Shown here: positions 38,941 through 54,314 of the stretch, one piece after another | Layout: the number at the start of each line of letters is the position of its first letter | How positions within the stretch are numbered: the stretch's first letter is position 1 | Assembly (NCBI RefSeq): GCF_009914755.1 | Contig: NC_060926.1 | Reading direction: 5' to 3' (one strand) | From: the human T2T-CHM13v2.0 reference genome, Homo sapiens | DNA length: 64,000 nt | Notes under the pieces: model-generated | What the model was told of the DNA's origin: nothing | The model's database searches: none | What the model saw: the letters and a program-made list of their open reading frames with translations, nothing else | Program-made: the position numbers and the translations under genes

Positions 38941-40601
38941 TCATTCATTCATTCAGCTCAATTTGATGGGAATGCAAGTTTAGTGCAATACAGATTTTTT
39001 AAATTATTAAGATACTGAAGATGCTTATAAATATGAGCTTTCAAAAGATGCATTCTAAAGTGTTTCAGTGTTTTGAACACTGCAGCATTGTCAAAATAAA
39101 TGTTTATAGATGCTCAAGATAATGTCTTTGAAAGGGTTGTTGGTATCATTGTTGATATAAAAGTACATTATTCATATAACTGTATAGTAAATCTAGTTAT
39201 AGTATCATCTTGGAGAACATGACTAAATAATATTTTCAAGCATTCTTTCTTCCCTTCGTTCTTTACTAGAAATATTTGTAATGGGAGTGAATTGGTAGAT
39301 TTTTTTTCCTCAAAATTTCAAATACCGATCTAAGAATTACCTTTCTGAAAGGTGAGATTCAGATTGATTAAGAATACATAAAATTTAGAGAATACTTTTC
39401 TTTCACTGAATACTACTACTCTTTTTTTCCTGTGATATTTAGGACAGTAGGAAAAGTGAGTTCAAATAGGAGGGTTTTTTTTTTTTTCTGAATTACATAC
39501 TTATCTTTATTATCTTGTTACCTCAGAGTGTAATTTACATTTATTGTATATAATAAATAAAGTAACTATTCCCTAGTTAATGAATAAAACTGCAGTATCT
39601 TTAATTAACGGCAGAGTATAAATTAAACAGCATGTAAGCCAAAATCAACTGGATCCAGAAAAGTGTACAATGAAGAGTTTTTAATATTTGAAGATTATCA
39701 CTTTACAGTTTATCTTCTTCCCAGCCAATTTGAGTTTAAATTTTTATATAATTTATCATCTTAGAATCGATTTCTGACTTTTTTTTGTCCTTGGATCATG
39801 GGCTAATGTGTTAAACCAGGTCCTAAGAGTTTCCTTTTTCATTGCATAATGCGTCCAAATCTTAGAGAAGTAGCCTTTCCTCTTCAAATACTAATTGAAT
39901 TGAATTATGTGTTTGTGGTAAGTGGCAGCATCTACCAACCTTCACTTATTCTCTTGTATTAATTTTTATTCTTCATATACGATATAAAATACAATTGCTA
40001 TTTACCTCAAGCGTTATTTTACATTAAAAATCCTCATAAATTATTGAATAAACCTATCCTAAACTTCCAAATATAAATGATCACAAGTAACAAACACACA
40101 TTTTCCTATTTGATACCAAATCATTACTTAAATACTGGAAGGAGTATACATACATGAAATTTAGTACATGTTATATGAAATTTAATAAGAGGTAGATTGT
40201 CTTTAAATTACAAGGATACCCAATGTATTTTTTTTTGGATTTAAATGGCTAGTAATTATTAAGATGATTTTAACAGATCAGGGATTTTGTCTCCTTTTGA
40301 ACAATGATCTATATTGTATTTGTTTAAAAAGTAATATTAGTTATAGATACCAAGGATTCAGTTGACAAACTTAAAATTGGGACATGAGGAGTATGAGTTA
40401 TTTTCAATAGAATTCTAAAAAGGACATTGAAATTGTCCGGCACAAAATCACTCAAGAGATCACTACCTATGTGTTTTATACCTTGCTACTTTTTCTATGA
40501 AAATAAGTAGTGCCAGTTTGGGTACATTGCAAATAGTCCTTTGATAGCTGAGAATCTGTCAAGTTTCATTAAAACATAAGAAAAAGATAGCAAAATCATA
40601 C

Positions 40602-40646
40602 TCCACCAGCCCATCCAGTTCTGCTTTCTTCTATATGCTCCTGGGT
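40602..40646 (-). CDS. FAP: FAP exon 12 (45 nt): TQEHIEESRTGWAGG
   Basis: Acceptor tcttttag, donor GGA|gtatga; phase 0-0. Confidence 0.96.
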
Positions 40647-41629
40647 CTAAAAGACAAAAGATCACATCGAACATAGTATTAGGAGAACATTTTTTTCCTA
40701 AATGTAATCTGGACATTTGGAAACAGTTAAGCTGCCTGATCAGAGTATACCATTACTAGTCAACTAACTTCAAATTTGAGTTTAAAAGGACAATATTAAA
40801 AATCTCATATAACAGCACTGTTGTATATACATGGGTAATTTTATTGCAGATCCTTAATAATTATGCCTAAATCTTCCATGAGGCAGTGACTTGGAATTAT
40901 CACAACATCTATGGAGGCCCAGCACAATCCACTTGATGTGGTGTAGGTAAAACAGTGGAGTTTGAGTTAAATTCTTTCTTTTCTGGGTCCTATGAAGTAG
41001 CTAAAATTTTAAAATTTGCACTGAATCTTATTTTGGGTTATATTTTAGCATAATGTAATTGATCATTTACTGAACAAACATTTAGTAATCCTAAAAGAAT
41101 GAATAGACTTTTCTAGACAAATAATTAGAAAAAGAAGAACATTCTAGGTAAAATAAATAGCATAGAGACCAGACCTGCTTAGTCACCCAACAGATGGTTC
41201 AGTATGGCTGAGTGGAGAGTGACTACAGGAAAGAGTTAGAAGATGAAGGAGAATGCATGTTTATGAGCAAGATTTTGGAGAAACTTTATGGCACCCTAAG
41301 AAGTTTCAATTTCTCCTGTTTGGTAAGTCTTTTGAAGGTCTTCCAATTCACAATTTGGAACATATAATTATGAACATGATGCAGAGGATATACTAGAAGT
41401 GGGTAAGAGGGAAGGAGGCAGAGAGACCAACTGGAAGGCTATTATAATGTTTGGGAAAAGAATGATAAAGACTCTAATCAAGCTCATGGCAGTGAGAATA
41501 GAACAGAGAAAATGAAGCCACACATATTGAAAAGTTCAAATCCTCAGAAATAAGTCTGAGAGTTATTGGCAAGTATACCAAAAAGCTCTGGTATAGATTA
41601 AAATTACCCAAAGTGAGTAAGTACAGAGT

Positions 41630-42095
41630 TGAGACAGACAGCAGGATAATCAGCAGACCATTTCCTCTTTTTGCTAGGGATACGGGCAGGAAATGTATTT
41701 CCCAGCCTTCCTTCAGTTGACCATGGTTATTTGATAAGTTCTAGTCAATGGTGTGTGAACAGAAATAACTCATGCTACTTTTAGGCCTAGCCCATAAAAG
41801 CCTCTCTTACATTACCCTTCATTCTTTTCTCCATCCCTCAGCTGGATGTTGATGCTCAGGTTTGACCAACTTTGGAATAGTGTTGGAAGCTAGTTAGCAG
41901 AAATGCCATCACCTAGGTTCCCGAATGACTATATGAAGCAGAGTGCACCATTCCCCAACCCCCACCATACCCCACTTACCTGGACTCACTATTGGATGGT
42001 TACATGAATGTGCAATAAATTTCTACTGTATTAACCCACTGAATTATTGGAGGTTTTTATGTTGTTGTTATAGCAGTTAGCCTACCTTGCAAATA
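41630..42095 (+). mobile_element. Old MaLR LTR (MLT1-family); boundaries approximate
   Basis: tttcccagccttcctt..; 3' end aataaatttctactgtattaacccactga...gttatagcagttagcct. Confidence 0.65.
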
Positions 42096-43745
42096 CATTA
42101 ACTTGGAGAATAATAAGATTTCTAGAGAAGTCAGAAGAAGAGCTGGAAAGGAAAAGAACAGTCAATGAAGCAGAAGGAGAACCATGAGAGGGTGTACTGT
42201 CATAAAAGGCAGGGGAATAACAAATTTTAAGAACACAGTCTGGATTTTCTCTTACAGGGATAGACCAATGCCTCAGAGAGAACAAGTAAGATAAGACTCG
42301 GAAAAAATAGTGAAATTTTTGGATTTATTATTTTTAGCCATAAAAGTAAAATTAATTTTAATTCCCTTTTCAGAGGAGGAAGCATAATATAAAAGATGTT
42401 TCTTCCCCTAACTATAAATTTCTTAATAAATCTCACTAATATAATTTTATTACAAGTCATTTTTGCCAGTTTCCTTTGCCTCTTTGTTTGGGGCATGACT
42501 CTCAGCATGAATAAAATGTTGCCGGGTCACTTAACCTTAAATATTGTTTTCAAAGTGTGTGCGCACACACACACACACATCAGTCATGAGGATGGTTTCT
42601 GGGAAATTCGACACTGTTGTTCTCAAATCTCAAAATGTGTTGCATGTATTTATCAAACTATTTTGAAACAGAGGTGTTTAGAAATTCTAAGGTTATTCAA
42701 ACATGATATTCTAAATTTAAGCACTGTTTTCTGGCTGTAAAACTAAAGTTTATATTCCAGGGACTTCCACACCTCATTGAATGAGCATCTTAAATGTTCT
42801 GTCAGTTTGGATTAAAGTTGTCTCAGATTTTGATAAATTAGAATTTCAGATTTCAAAGCAATCACAGTTTTAAAATTCCTAGTTTTAGGAGCTAAAAATT
42901 GTGTCTAAATTATAAATCTCATTATGTTCAAACTAATAAAATTAAAGCAATAGTCCCTAATAGCTAGATTCATTGAAAAGTTTAAAGATATAGTCACCCA
43001 AAGCTGACTAACCAGACCAATTGTTTCTAATTAACTAGCATAATCAAGATTAGTCTATCCTTTCTTTGCCTATGATACTGTATTAAAGCCAAAATCATCC
43101 TGCTTTGTATATCAAAATATATATAAGATAAAAATACGCTTCTAGCATATTCCATCAAAATTAGTCGAGCCTCTCACAGACACAGTAGTGATTTAAAGAA
43201 ATATTTTTAGCCTGAGTAATGTTGACTATTATAGTCCTGATATATTTCCAAACAGACTCATATGACTTTTTTCTTGCAAAACATAATGTCCTAATTTCTA
43301 GATGAAATTTAGTGATTTACTTTGTTTGTTCTGTGCTTTTCTTTTTACTTTATAAAATATGATTATTCTATATTTGTTTTAATGAAACATTTCTTCATAA
43401 TTAGAAGACTCACAAAATGTACCCATCAAATATCCTATTTAAAGAAAATATTTTGTATCTCTTAGATTCTAATGTGAGTAATTAAGAACAGGCTTATTTT
43501 AAAGCTTATACATTGGTTAAGTGGTTTTTCTGACTCATTAATTCAACAGATTATGTTTGAGTTTGAGTAATAGAAACAATTAAAACTCAACAATAAATCT
43601 GTGCTTAGTTTTAAAGGCTTTTTCTGCCCAAAATTAGTACATGTCGGGTACTGTCCTAAGATAACCAGGTAACAGAATAATTTGATCTAATATCTTATGT
43701 CACATTCTCAGTAATTCTCATTTGATTTTAAAATAAAAATATTTG

Positions 43746-44123
<378 letters not shown>

Positions 44124-44587
44124 TTAGAATTTTTAATTTTTAATTTTTAACATTGAATAGAACATGCCCCATTTGCATTTCTTCTCTGGTTCTTTTGTTT
44201 AAAACATATATATTTATCTAGTAGACCCATGTTTCGGTTTCATCTGCATTATTTTGCTTTTTATTGGACTGCCAATGTTATAATCTCAAAGGGCTGGTTT
44301 ACCATTATAATTGAGAACCAGATATCTGATTTTCCCAATGTCATGTTGTCCCATTTTTTCTTTTTGGCTATTCAATTTCAAGGTTTACGTCATTCAAGAA
44401 AATAAAAGGTATCCTATTTATTTAATAAAATGATGGACCCATGAATACTGAGTGTGTTTTTGCAAAGCAGTTGGCAGTTGAATGCAGTAATCCTGGCTTT
44501 ACAACATAAAATGTTAGCTATGGATGAGTCCCCACTATTGTGCCTTGATCTTCAGAAATACGTATCTGTGATCTTAATATACCCTAC

Positions 44588-44723
44588 CTTTGGACAATCC
44601 CATGTCTGCCAGTCTTCCCTGAAGTCACATATAGACAGGACCGAAACATTCTGGACTCTTTTTAGCCACTGCAAACATACTCGTTCATCAGTAACCCACG
44701 TGAGCCAACTGAAATAATAATCA
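44588..44723 (-). CDS. FAP: FAP exon 11 (136 nt): DYYFSWLTWVTDERVCLQWLKRVQNVSVLSICDFREDWQTWDCPK
   Basis: AG/GT boundaries; peptide visible in ORF 44552..44758. Confidence 0.98.
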
Positions 44724-46547
44724 CTGCAAATAAAATAGAAACAGGTAGTCACAACCATAAACCAGTTTCACACACAAATAATTTCTTAATTTTTGTTTTC
44801 TAAAGGATATATGTCATTATTATACATTACTTATTTAATAGGTAAGCAAGACAAAACATTCCTTTCTCTGGAGAGAAAGTTTAAATATCTCTACTTACTT
44901 AAAAAAATATCTATGAGAGTTTCTTCATCTAATGAAATCATTTCATATGTGAGTTTTCTCCCCGTTTCTGGATTTTAACATTTTAGAAAAGAATTTAAAA
45001 CATAATGTCAAAGCTACTGATCAATCTAGAGGGGAAAAAAAGCATTAAACTTGCATTTTGCACAAGTAAACTCAATTTTTCACCTTATAATTAGTTGAGA
45101 GAGAGACAAGTGTGATAAAAGGATAATCTTTGTCTCTCAGCAGATTCATGTTGGAAGCTAAGTTTTAGCTGTGACTGTGGTCAGGTATTGAAATTCAGAC
45201 TTGTGGAATAAATCACAGATGATGTATGCGAAATAACTCAAATAATGTTTGGCACATACTAGATGTCAGTGAATGGCAACGATGATTCCATGACTCTGAG
45301 CATGAACTAGTAGGTAGAGAACATCAACATAAAATGAATCACAAACTTCTGGAAAATTAATGTAAAGGAAATCACAAAGCTGGAAGGGACCTCAGGCTCA
45401 AATCCTGGCTTTATGTCCTAATAGTTATATACCTTTAGGCCAGTTACTTAACTCTTCTATTTTTATATAAAATCAGAATAATAATATTACCTATTTTAAA
45501 GAGTGCTGTAAAGATTGGCCGCGTGCTTAAACCGCTTAAGAACTATGTCTGCTACATGATGAGTGTTCAGAATACGTTTGCTACTACTATTTTATTGTTA
45601 GTATTTTACAGCTGTTCAAACAAGCCTCTGGACTCCTTGTGTTATGCTCATTTCATCTGCCACCTGTGGAGAATGACACTTTAAAAAAAAATGATGTATT
45701 GAGTCAAGTTTTCATCGACTCGATCAGGGTGGGGAATAGCAGATAATTCAAAAATATAAAGTCATGTTTGATTATACAAGAGTGGACTCAGCAAGGCCCA
45801 GTAGAAGCCTCTCATGGGGTTCTTTTCCCTATTAGTGATCAGTCATTTGAGCTTGGCTCTTCTTCGTGAAGCAGAAGGGGAAGACCCAAGATTGGCCCGC
45901 TAGGCATGGGGAACTGTTAAGAAAGCCCAACAGGCAGGGCCTGGGCACCTCTTCCCCTTAGCCACTTCAACCAGAAAGACCACAGAGGACTGACTGAAGG
46001 TCACTGTATTCTGGACTAGTCAGACAATCAGACATAGGGCATCATGCTGGGGAAGTGAGAATCCTTCACGTCCCTGCCTGCCTACAGTTCATCTCTAGAC
46101 AATTCTAAAACCAGATAAATGAGAATAGCCTGCTTCATTGTGAAAAATGCTAATTTTTGGAGAGGGTCAGCTTATCTTCTCTTATTTATCATACACATGT
46201 GATCCACATAGATCCACAAACCCTGGCTTGAGATAAAGTCAGCCAAACTTGAAAGAAGCCAGGGTGAGGACGTACATGAATTTTACTGTCTGCTTGTTGG
46301 TCCCAAGTTCACATCTGTACATCTGAGGCAAGTTTCACTGAGATTGATCACCGAGGTCACGTTTATATGTGTAAAAGGGCTAATTTTGAAAAACCAATTA
46401 AGGAAACTTATTTGTCAATTTTAATTTTGTATGTCTTTAGCTTTGTGTGCAACTCTTATCTACTTATTTGTTTTTGCTTCTAGCATGCACAGCATAAATG
46501 CACTAGAATATAGGATAGAAAGATGGGAGGGATCTGAGATGAACTAC

Positions 46548-46651
46548 CTTGAGGCTATCATTGCTGGAACAGGCACTTCCTGGGGACCTACATACGCAGG
46601 GTAAGTGGTATCGATAATAAATATCCGAACAACGGGATTCTTAGCTCCAGC
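46548..46651 (-). CDS. FAP: FAP exon 10 (104 nt): AGAKNPVVRIFIIDTTYPAYVGPQEVPVPAMIAS(S)
   Basis: Acceptor ttggcag, donor AG|gtagtt. Confidence 0.97.
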
Positions 46652-48629
46652 CTGCCAAGAAAATTGAGATATATAAGCTCATAAAATTCCAATTATCACC
46701 AACATTTTAAAGAAACTTTAGGAATTTAGATATATTTTTCTAAGCGAACAATCTTATGTATATCACTGTGGAATACATTCTATTTATAACACGACAAGGA
46801 ATCTCATTTCAATTTTACCTGCAGGGCAATTACAAATGTTGTGTCAACCAGAGCAAAACTATGTGTTTTAACTGCCTAATGAGAGAGCTTTAAAATTTAT
46901 AGGGAAAATCATTTTGGATATGAAAATGCAGTTCTGTGAACCATATTCTGTTTTCTGATTTCCAAGACAGATCTCTCTCATTTTTATTATTGGGATAATT
47001 ATAATAATCTGTATACCAAGGAGAGTTCAGAGGGTGATTAATTTGAGAGGAGAATGGAAAGAAAAATAAATGAAAGACACTTTTTGCTTTTGCCATATGA
47101 TTTGGTCTAGGACAATCACCAAATGCTCAGTCTCCTACCTGCTTGCATTATTACTGCCACCATCTCCAAAAGGTTAGGGAAATTTCACCTCCAAATGAAG
47201 TATCCATGAGATTTATACTTTTCTTGTTTTGTGCTTTCTATACTACTGTATGCTTAAAATTTACATGACAGTATAGCTCATACCTAGACAGTTTCTTAGA
47301 GTTCCTCTGTTATTTTGCTGTAGAAAGAGAGAATCTTGGAGTTGTAATAAAATTTAAATTCATGAAATGTAGGTGCACAGTATGTAATGACTCAGTGCTG
47401 TTTGAATTCATCCAAAGAACTGTTCAACGTCTCTTAGGACCTCCGTTTCACTCCCAAGTTTATCAGAAACTCCCTTAGTTTTTGGGATGGTCTCACGTCT
47501 CCACCTAACGCCAGATGTTTTAGCAACCTTAAGCCTCAAGGAAATATGAGAATGTGGGTCCCAACTTCCCAATCAGTGTCAGTCACTCTTCAGTTCTGGG
47601 TTCCCCGTCTCTTCCTGCTCCCATAGGTCCTCCCAAAGATCTGAGTTCTTTTACATCTTGGGTTCCCCCAAAATGTGAGGCCTGTCCCAAACATCTCCAG
47701 CTTTTAGAGTTTTTACACAGCTTTTAGACTTTTAACATAAATATTACACTGTCTGCAATTCTATTTCTTTCTCTATGGCCACTTTGGCTTGCTTAGAATT
47801 CACTTGTGTGTATACCACATCCAACCGTCTTTGTCACCCAGGGACCCACTGTGTCCAGCCACGACAATATTCCCCTTGGCAAGTAAAAGCAATAGCATCC
47901 AAAGAACAAAGAAGTGAATTCTAAAATCGCATCCGATTCCTTGTGCAAGAGGTAAATTTGTACTTTGATTCCATTTTTTCTGATATCATTTTTACATTGA
48001 AATTAGGATATAATGCTTCTTCACTGAGACCTGACCATTCTCCTACTGCACACTCAGGTCTCCTCCCTCCAGATGTGAAACTCAATAAAAAGAATGTATA
48101 ACAACTCTACAATGTTAAATATCCAAAAACTATGGGTTCACACCATGTCTACTTCCTTCAAGGGAGAAATTGAGACTTATAAATTTAACCTATCTTGTAC
48201 ATCCAGAAAGGACCATAACCCATGCCTGCTTCTACCTGACAGGAACATCAAATTCAGCATTTGTATTTCATATTCTAGTTTGCATTTACATGAGAATTCA
48301 AGAGAGAATTGCAAAACAGAACTTTACCCTGAATTTGGAGCATGAAATATGAAAAAAATTAAAATTAAGTTAAGCTTGTTTTTCCTCCATGATCAAGACC
48401 ATATGTTTTTCAAAGATTCTGCAATAGATTTTGCAAAGACTACTTCATCCAGCACAACCAGATGTCCAAAGCAACAGATGTCCACATAAATAATAGAGCA
48501 CAGTACAATGTTTGCCTTACAATGCTCAAGGATAAGAAGCTCTCCAAACTTGTTGATCCCACCTTTACTCATGGTAAATCATTGCTCATTTTGATACCAG
48601 GAAAATGAAAGCATCGCTGAAAGTATTCA

Positions 48630-48812
<183 letters not shown>

Positions 48813-49211
48813 TTAACTATAATTACATCTTACTCTTAAAATCATTGTAAATACTTCTAAATAGCTATTTATCAACTGAAATAATTTATTTAATGTGGAT
48901 GTGACATATGTCATACTTTGGTTATTAAAAAATTACATAATCTGAGTTAAGAGGAATAGTTTACCCTTTCACTCTATATCAAACATCAATTAGCCTTGTT
49001 AGAAAATGACATTAATCAGAAATGTAATTTTTTAAATAAATAATAAACATGTTGGCACTAATTAATTTTTTCTTTCAGGGCAGTTTCAGGTTTTTTAGTC
49101 ACCTAAGATAGCCAAAACAGAAAGAACTATAATTGTACTAGAGAGTGACATAAACATTGAAAGTTACATTTCCCTCCTAAGAGTTAAAAAAAACCAAAAA
49201 CACAGTTAGTT

Positions 49212-49212
<1 letters not shown>

Positions 49213-49256
<44 letters not shown>
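49213..49256. repeat. (AGAT)11 tetranucleotide STR in intron 8
   Basis: 11 perfect units followed by AAAT AGAT. Confidence 0.95.
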
Positions 49257-49258
<2 letters not shown>

Positions 49259-49716
49259 ATAGATAGAGACTAGAAGTCTCTTTAAAGTCCAATTAAGTCC
49301 TGAATTCTACATGACCTAGAATGAGAACAAAATCAACAGAGTATCAGAAAGTAAAAATATGTTCCCATAAGATAACATAGTCAGTTGTTTAGTTTTGAAA
49401 AAAAAAAATTTCTAAAGAAAAAGTAAACATGAGAAAATGTACTAATGCGGCACCTGAGGACCATATACTTTTTTGGATTATAAATCATTACTACCACTTC
49501 ATAGTGATGTTATTGAGAATCAATTCTACCAGTTTTCTGATAACAAGAATTTGTTCTTTTAAAATACGTATGCCCTATTCGTAACCTAGAGACAATTTTC
49601 AGCAATGCTACCCTTCATGGAAATAAGATACTACTCATCTAAATCTTACTAAATATATGAAATTATTTTAAATTAAAAGCCTAAAGCATTAGCAGTAGAA
49701 AAGGAATACAGCTTAC

Positions 49717-49837
49717 CTTCATAAACCCAGTCTGGGATTCCATTAAATATTTTATTTTCTCTTCCATTAAATGTTATTTGAAAAGGTGGATCTCCTGGTC
49801 TTTGTTTCAAATAGATATTGTTTTGATAGACATATGC
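49717..49837 (-). CDS. FAP: FAP exon 8 (121 nt): AYVYQNNIYLKQRPGDPPFQITFNGRENKIFNGIPDWVYE(E)
   Basis: AG/GT boundaries; DPP4-family NGIPDWVYEE motif. Confidence 0.98.
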
Positions 49838-50506
49838 CTAAAAGTGGTGGTAAGGGGAAATTCCACAACAAATTAAATGAAGGCTGTATATTTGTTTTAA
49901 TTATTCCTCTAATACCTTTAAACAGAGTGGTAATAAAGATACAAAAAAGATTCACAACTAAAATACCATTTTAATAGGTCAAAAAATCCAACCAACTCAC
50001 ATTAACATCAATTATGAATTTTAAAGTCTGAATCAAATAAAAAATAAAGCCTATTATTTTCTTAGTTGTTTCATTAACCCCAAATAAATAATTATGTATA
50101 TTGACAGAAAGTCGAATAAATCTCTGAATATTAATAGCTAGCCAGATCTAATCTTTATTTAGAGTCCTTAAATAAGAGCTTGGACCAAATTTCATGTTGT
50201 CTGAAGCTAGTCTGGGAAACTTGTGAAAACCATATTTTTCCTGAGCTTTCTGGCACAACGCATTCTGGCTGAGTATAAGGATAAAGTTTTTGACTGCTAT
50301 ATTTAAAGAAGTCTATCCATGAGCTTGAGATTTTGCGGAATTCTCAGATGGGTTTCAATTTATCAAAACTCTTCCCGTTTTTAACCACTAAAATAGTCAT
50401 GAATGTATTTTTTTTTCTTTCAGGCAGGGAAATTTAACAAAGGCCAAAATCAAATGGCTCCTCTTTTATTTACATGATTAAACACTTCAAAAATTTAAAC
50501 ACTTAC

Positions 50507-50579
50507 TAATTTACTCCCAACAGGCGACCAGCATAAATACTGAATTGGACGAGGAAGCTCATTTCCTCTTACAAATTCT
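50507..50579 (-). CDS. FAP: FAP exon 7 (73 nt): EFVRGNELPRPIQYLCWSPVGSKL
   Basis: Long polypyrimidine acceptor, donor gtaagt. Confidence 0.97.
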
Positions 50580-51802
50580 CTAGAAGGAAAGAAAGAAAGA
50601 AAAACAACAAACCTTGCTGTTTAATGCAAAAAAATAATAATCTGTATGAACAGAAAAAATAAACAAACAATGAAAATTAAGGATCATTCCCTCTGCACCC
50701 ACAAACCTAATGAAAAGAATGCAGGAATGAAGAACTGGAGACATAGGTGTTGATTGCTGTTCTTCCAGTAGTTACTTAAAAGTCACTTAACTTTACTGGG
50801 TGTCAGTTTTCTGACCTTTATAGTGAGGTGAATGGATTAAATACTTACAGACTGTCAAAGTGGAGAAGATCTCTAGAAATTATCTAATACAGTCCTCTCA
50901 TTTTATAGAAAGTAAATATGAGGTTTAGAGAGCTGATAGAACTTTTTAAGACCACATTGCTAGTTCTTGGCAGACCTTGAATTAAACTCAAGTCCTTTTA
51001 ACCCCTGGGATTGTAAAATTTGCACACACTAGACTGAAATGGTCACTGAAGTGCCTTCCAGCTCTGAAATTCTATAATTGTGCTGAAGTTTAGTATGTGC
51101 TCTTCTACATTCTCATTCACAACCCCCATCTCTGTGAATGCATATGCATTTCAAATTTTTGAAAATAAGATGCCATTTGACAATCTCCCCAGGGATCTGA
51201 CTTGAAATCAGAAAAGGAAAGGAACATCTGATCTCAAGCTAAACTGAAAAACGGATTGTATACTGGGCAGTATGCCTTAAGCTTGTAAAGTCCTCCACCC
51301 ATGGGGAAATTTCAAATAGTCTATTGGCCAAAACTCTCACTTTGATGCTTAGAGTCACTCTGCAAGCACTCAAGTGACTTGCATTGTGGAGCTTTTGTAG
51401 TTCTTCAGCAAGAATGCATTCAGACTTTTATAAGTGTTGCAGAGTCGTAGGATGTCATGCTTACTTTTTGACTTTTGTCATCTTGAAGATTGTATTAACA
51501 GTTTCATCGAGACTGCCTTCGTGGGAAAGCAGAGCAAGACCTGCCGCCCAAGCACAATTTGAAGAGCCTCAAAAAAGACTCCTGCCCAACCCCTCCAAAA
51601 AAAGCTCTCCAACCTGGAGCTAACATGTGCCTGACATTTCTGCCTTTCCCATTCTTTTAATATTTGGGCAATTGTGAAGATCTGTAACACACACTGCCTT
51701 GATGTAACTTTTTAGGTGCCTGCATGAGACCTAGCAAGTAGCAAGGGAACATGGCATAGTTTTGAGTGGGGAGAGTGATTCCCATGGAAAGTGACCATTG
51801 GT

Positions 51803-51837
51803 GCTGCAATGAGAGTCCTGGCCGCCAGAGGGCAGTA
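51803..51837 (+). promoter_or_regulatory. CTCF binding site: core plus upstream (ZF9-11) module, in intron 6
   Basis: TGGCCGCCAGAGGGCAGTA at 51819-51837, preceded by GCTGCAAT at the expected spacing. Confidence 0.75.
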
Positions 51838-51911
51838 CATGAGCACCAGGCCCCTGGGTGATCGGGAACATGTTGAAAGGGATGCAAGAGCCCAGTTAAA
51901 AGATTGACCCA

Positions 51912-52316
<405 letters not shown>

Positions 52317-54261
52317 CTAAGCTAAAAATCTCAGCGCATGTCTCAAGCCATCACAGCTGCCATTTTCTGTTTTCTGAGTCACTAAAGGTATGAGAAAAGG
52401 CGAGGGAGGATGCTTTACAAAGGCGTTCATCTCCTCAGTTTTGCCTACCTAGCTTGAAACCAGTAGTTTTGTTTTCTCTATGCTAGATTTTTATAGAGTC
52501 TTCAAAGGCATATAAAAGACTTGAAATTGGTGGTATTCAGCGATGCCTAGAATCTCAAACAAGTTTGCCATCCATCCTTCACTTCCTAAATTATGCTGTA
52601 TTTACCTGACCACCCCCCCACCAAAAAATCTGAAATACTAGATAGTTGTGCAGAAAACAAAGAAACAAACAAAACCAGTGATTTGATTAAATTCACTGCA
52701 GAGAATCTAAATGTTTAATGTGATTTTAGGCCATAAAGTTTACATAACCCATGATTAAAATATTAGGATTATCATCTTTTTGAATGCTGTTCAATTTGGC
52801 GAGCCTCACAAAAGAATTTCAAAATGATTAAAAGAAAAACAAAGACATGATGAGAGCTTTGAGAAACTGGACTGAAAGACTAAGATTCCCCACTCACTAA
52901 TCGAACGTTTCTTAAGAGTAGAGCTGGTGCCCCAAGCTCATTTGCATCTCATTGTTATATGTGTTTCACATAGAAGGGGCTCAATAAATATTTCTTAAAT
53001 TTGGTGATGATATGGATTCGGAGACAAGAAGGACTCAGAATGCATTAGATGGATTTTAGATTCTACTTTAAAAAGCAGTTCCTGTTTCTTAATTTGACAG
53101 TTTATCAGAGTAATTCTTTTCTGAAAATTTGAAAGAAGTAGATAGATAATTTTTTAAAAAATTTTTGTGCTCTTGCTAGACAAAAGGGGAAATAGACCAG
53201 AAGATTTTTTTTCAATACCTCTTCAAGCCATATAATTATTTCCCCTTTTATATAACAGCAAACAAGATATCATATTAAGATGAGTAGCTAAGGCAATTCA
53301 TTGTCCACACTTAGCCAGGGTGATTTTTCTAAAGTGCTAATCTGATCATGTCATTTTCCATTTAAAACCTTTGAATGAATCCTTATTGTCATCAGAAAGA
53401 AAGATCTAAACTCATTTTAATTATTTCCTCATTATTATTTGGCCTATGCTTCCTGGCCTTGGCTGTTCCCCAACCTTACACCACCTCCTACTAGTCAGCA
53501 GGCCCCTCCCTCAATTTCAAACAAATTGACCTACTTTGCATTTCTCAAACGCACAATGCTCTCCCTCCCCATTTTAGGCCTTTACATATTCTTCTTGCTG
53601 CCAGAAATTCTCTTCGTCAATGCTTCGCCTATCTGCACATTCATTTAATTTTTTCTTTTAAATGGTAAATGTTTCAAACAGTTTATATGTATATATATAT
53701 ATGGAAAATGGTACTTGTCTGACAATTTATCTACCAACTAAATTCAAAAGAACATTTAGTATTTTACACGTCAGATATTTTTCTATTTTAAAAATAATGT
53801 TAACATTTTGTCATTTTTATAATAATTAATTTTAAAACAGTTAATGGAGTACGTGTTCAGACACAACTAATGCTACATCTCTCTCCCGCCCTTCCTCCTC
53901 CCATCAGTGAAATAGCCACTCTCCTAAAAATAGTGTCTCATTTCCAAGAATGTTTTTGTGCTTTCCTATATATGTTTTTTCCATAAATAGCACATGTTTA
54001 ATCTGATCTTCAAAAACAGAAAATCCAAAACTATATTGTGAATAAAAATATAAAATATTAGTCAAATAAAGAGGTGGGTATCCCATATAAGTATTTTCTT
54101 GAATTTTGTAAGCTTTATGGGTACATACATACTGTATTACTAAAAAGTAAGAAACAAAGATCATTAAGAAGATAAAGTCTTCTTAACCCCAAATCATAGT
54201 TTGGAATGAAAACATTCTAGGTATTAGATTTAAGTAGTATTAATAAACAGAGGTGATTTAC

Positions 54262-54314
54262 CCATTGCTAAGGTCATAGATGTAATATGTTGCTGTGTAA
54301 GAGTATCTCCAAAG
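54262..54314 (-). CDS. FAP: FAP exon 6 (53 nt): LWRYSYTATYYIYDLSN(G); contains R123
   Basis: Acceptor ctgacag, donor GG|gtaaat; frame continuous with neighbours. Confidence 0.97.

Noticed and set aside
47698-47737. 20-bp tandem duplication (cagcttttaga...)x2
   Set aside because: Ordinary slippage-type duplication with no functional cue.
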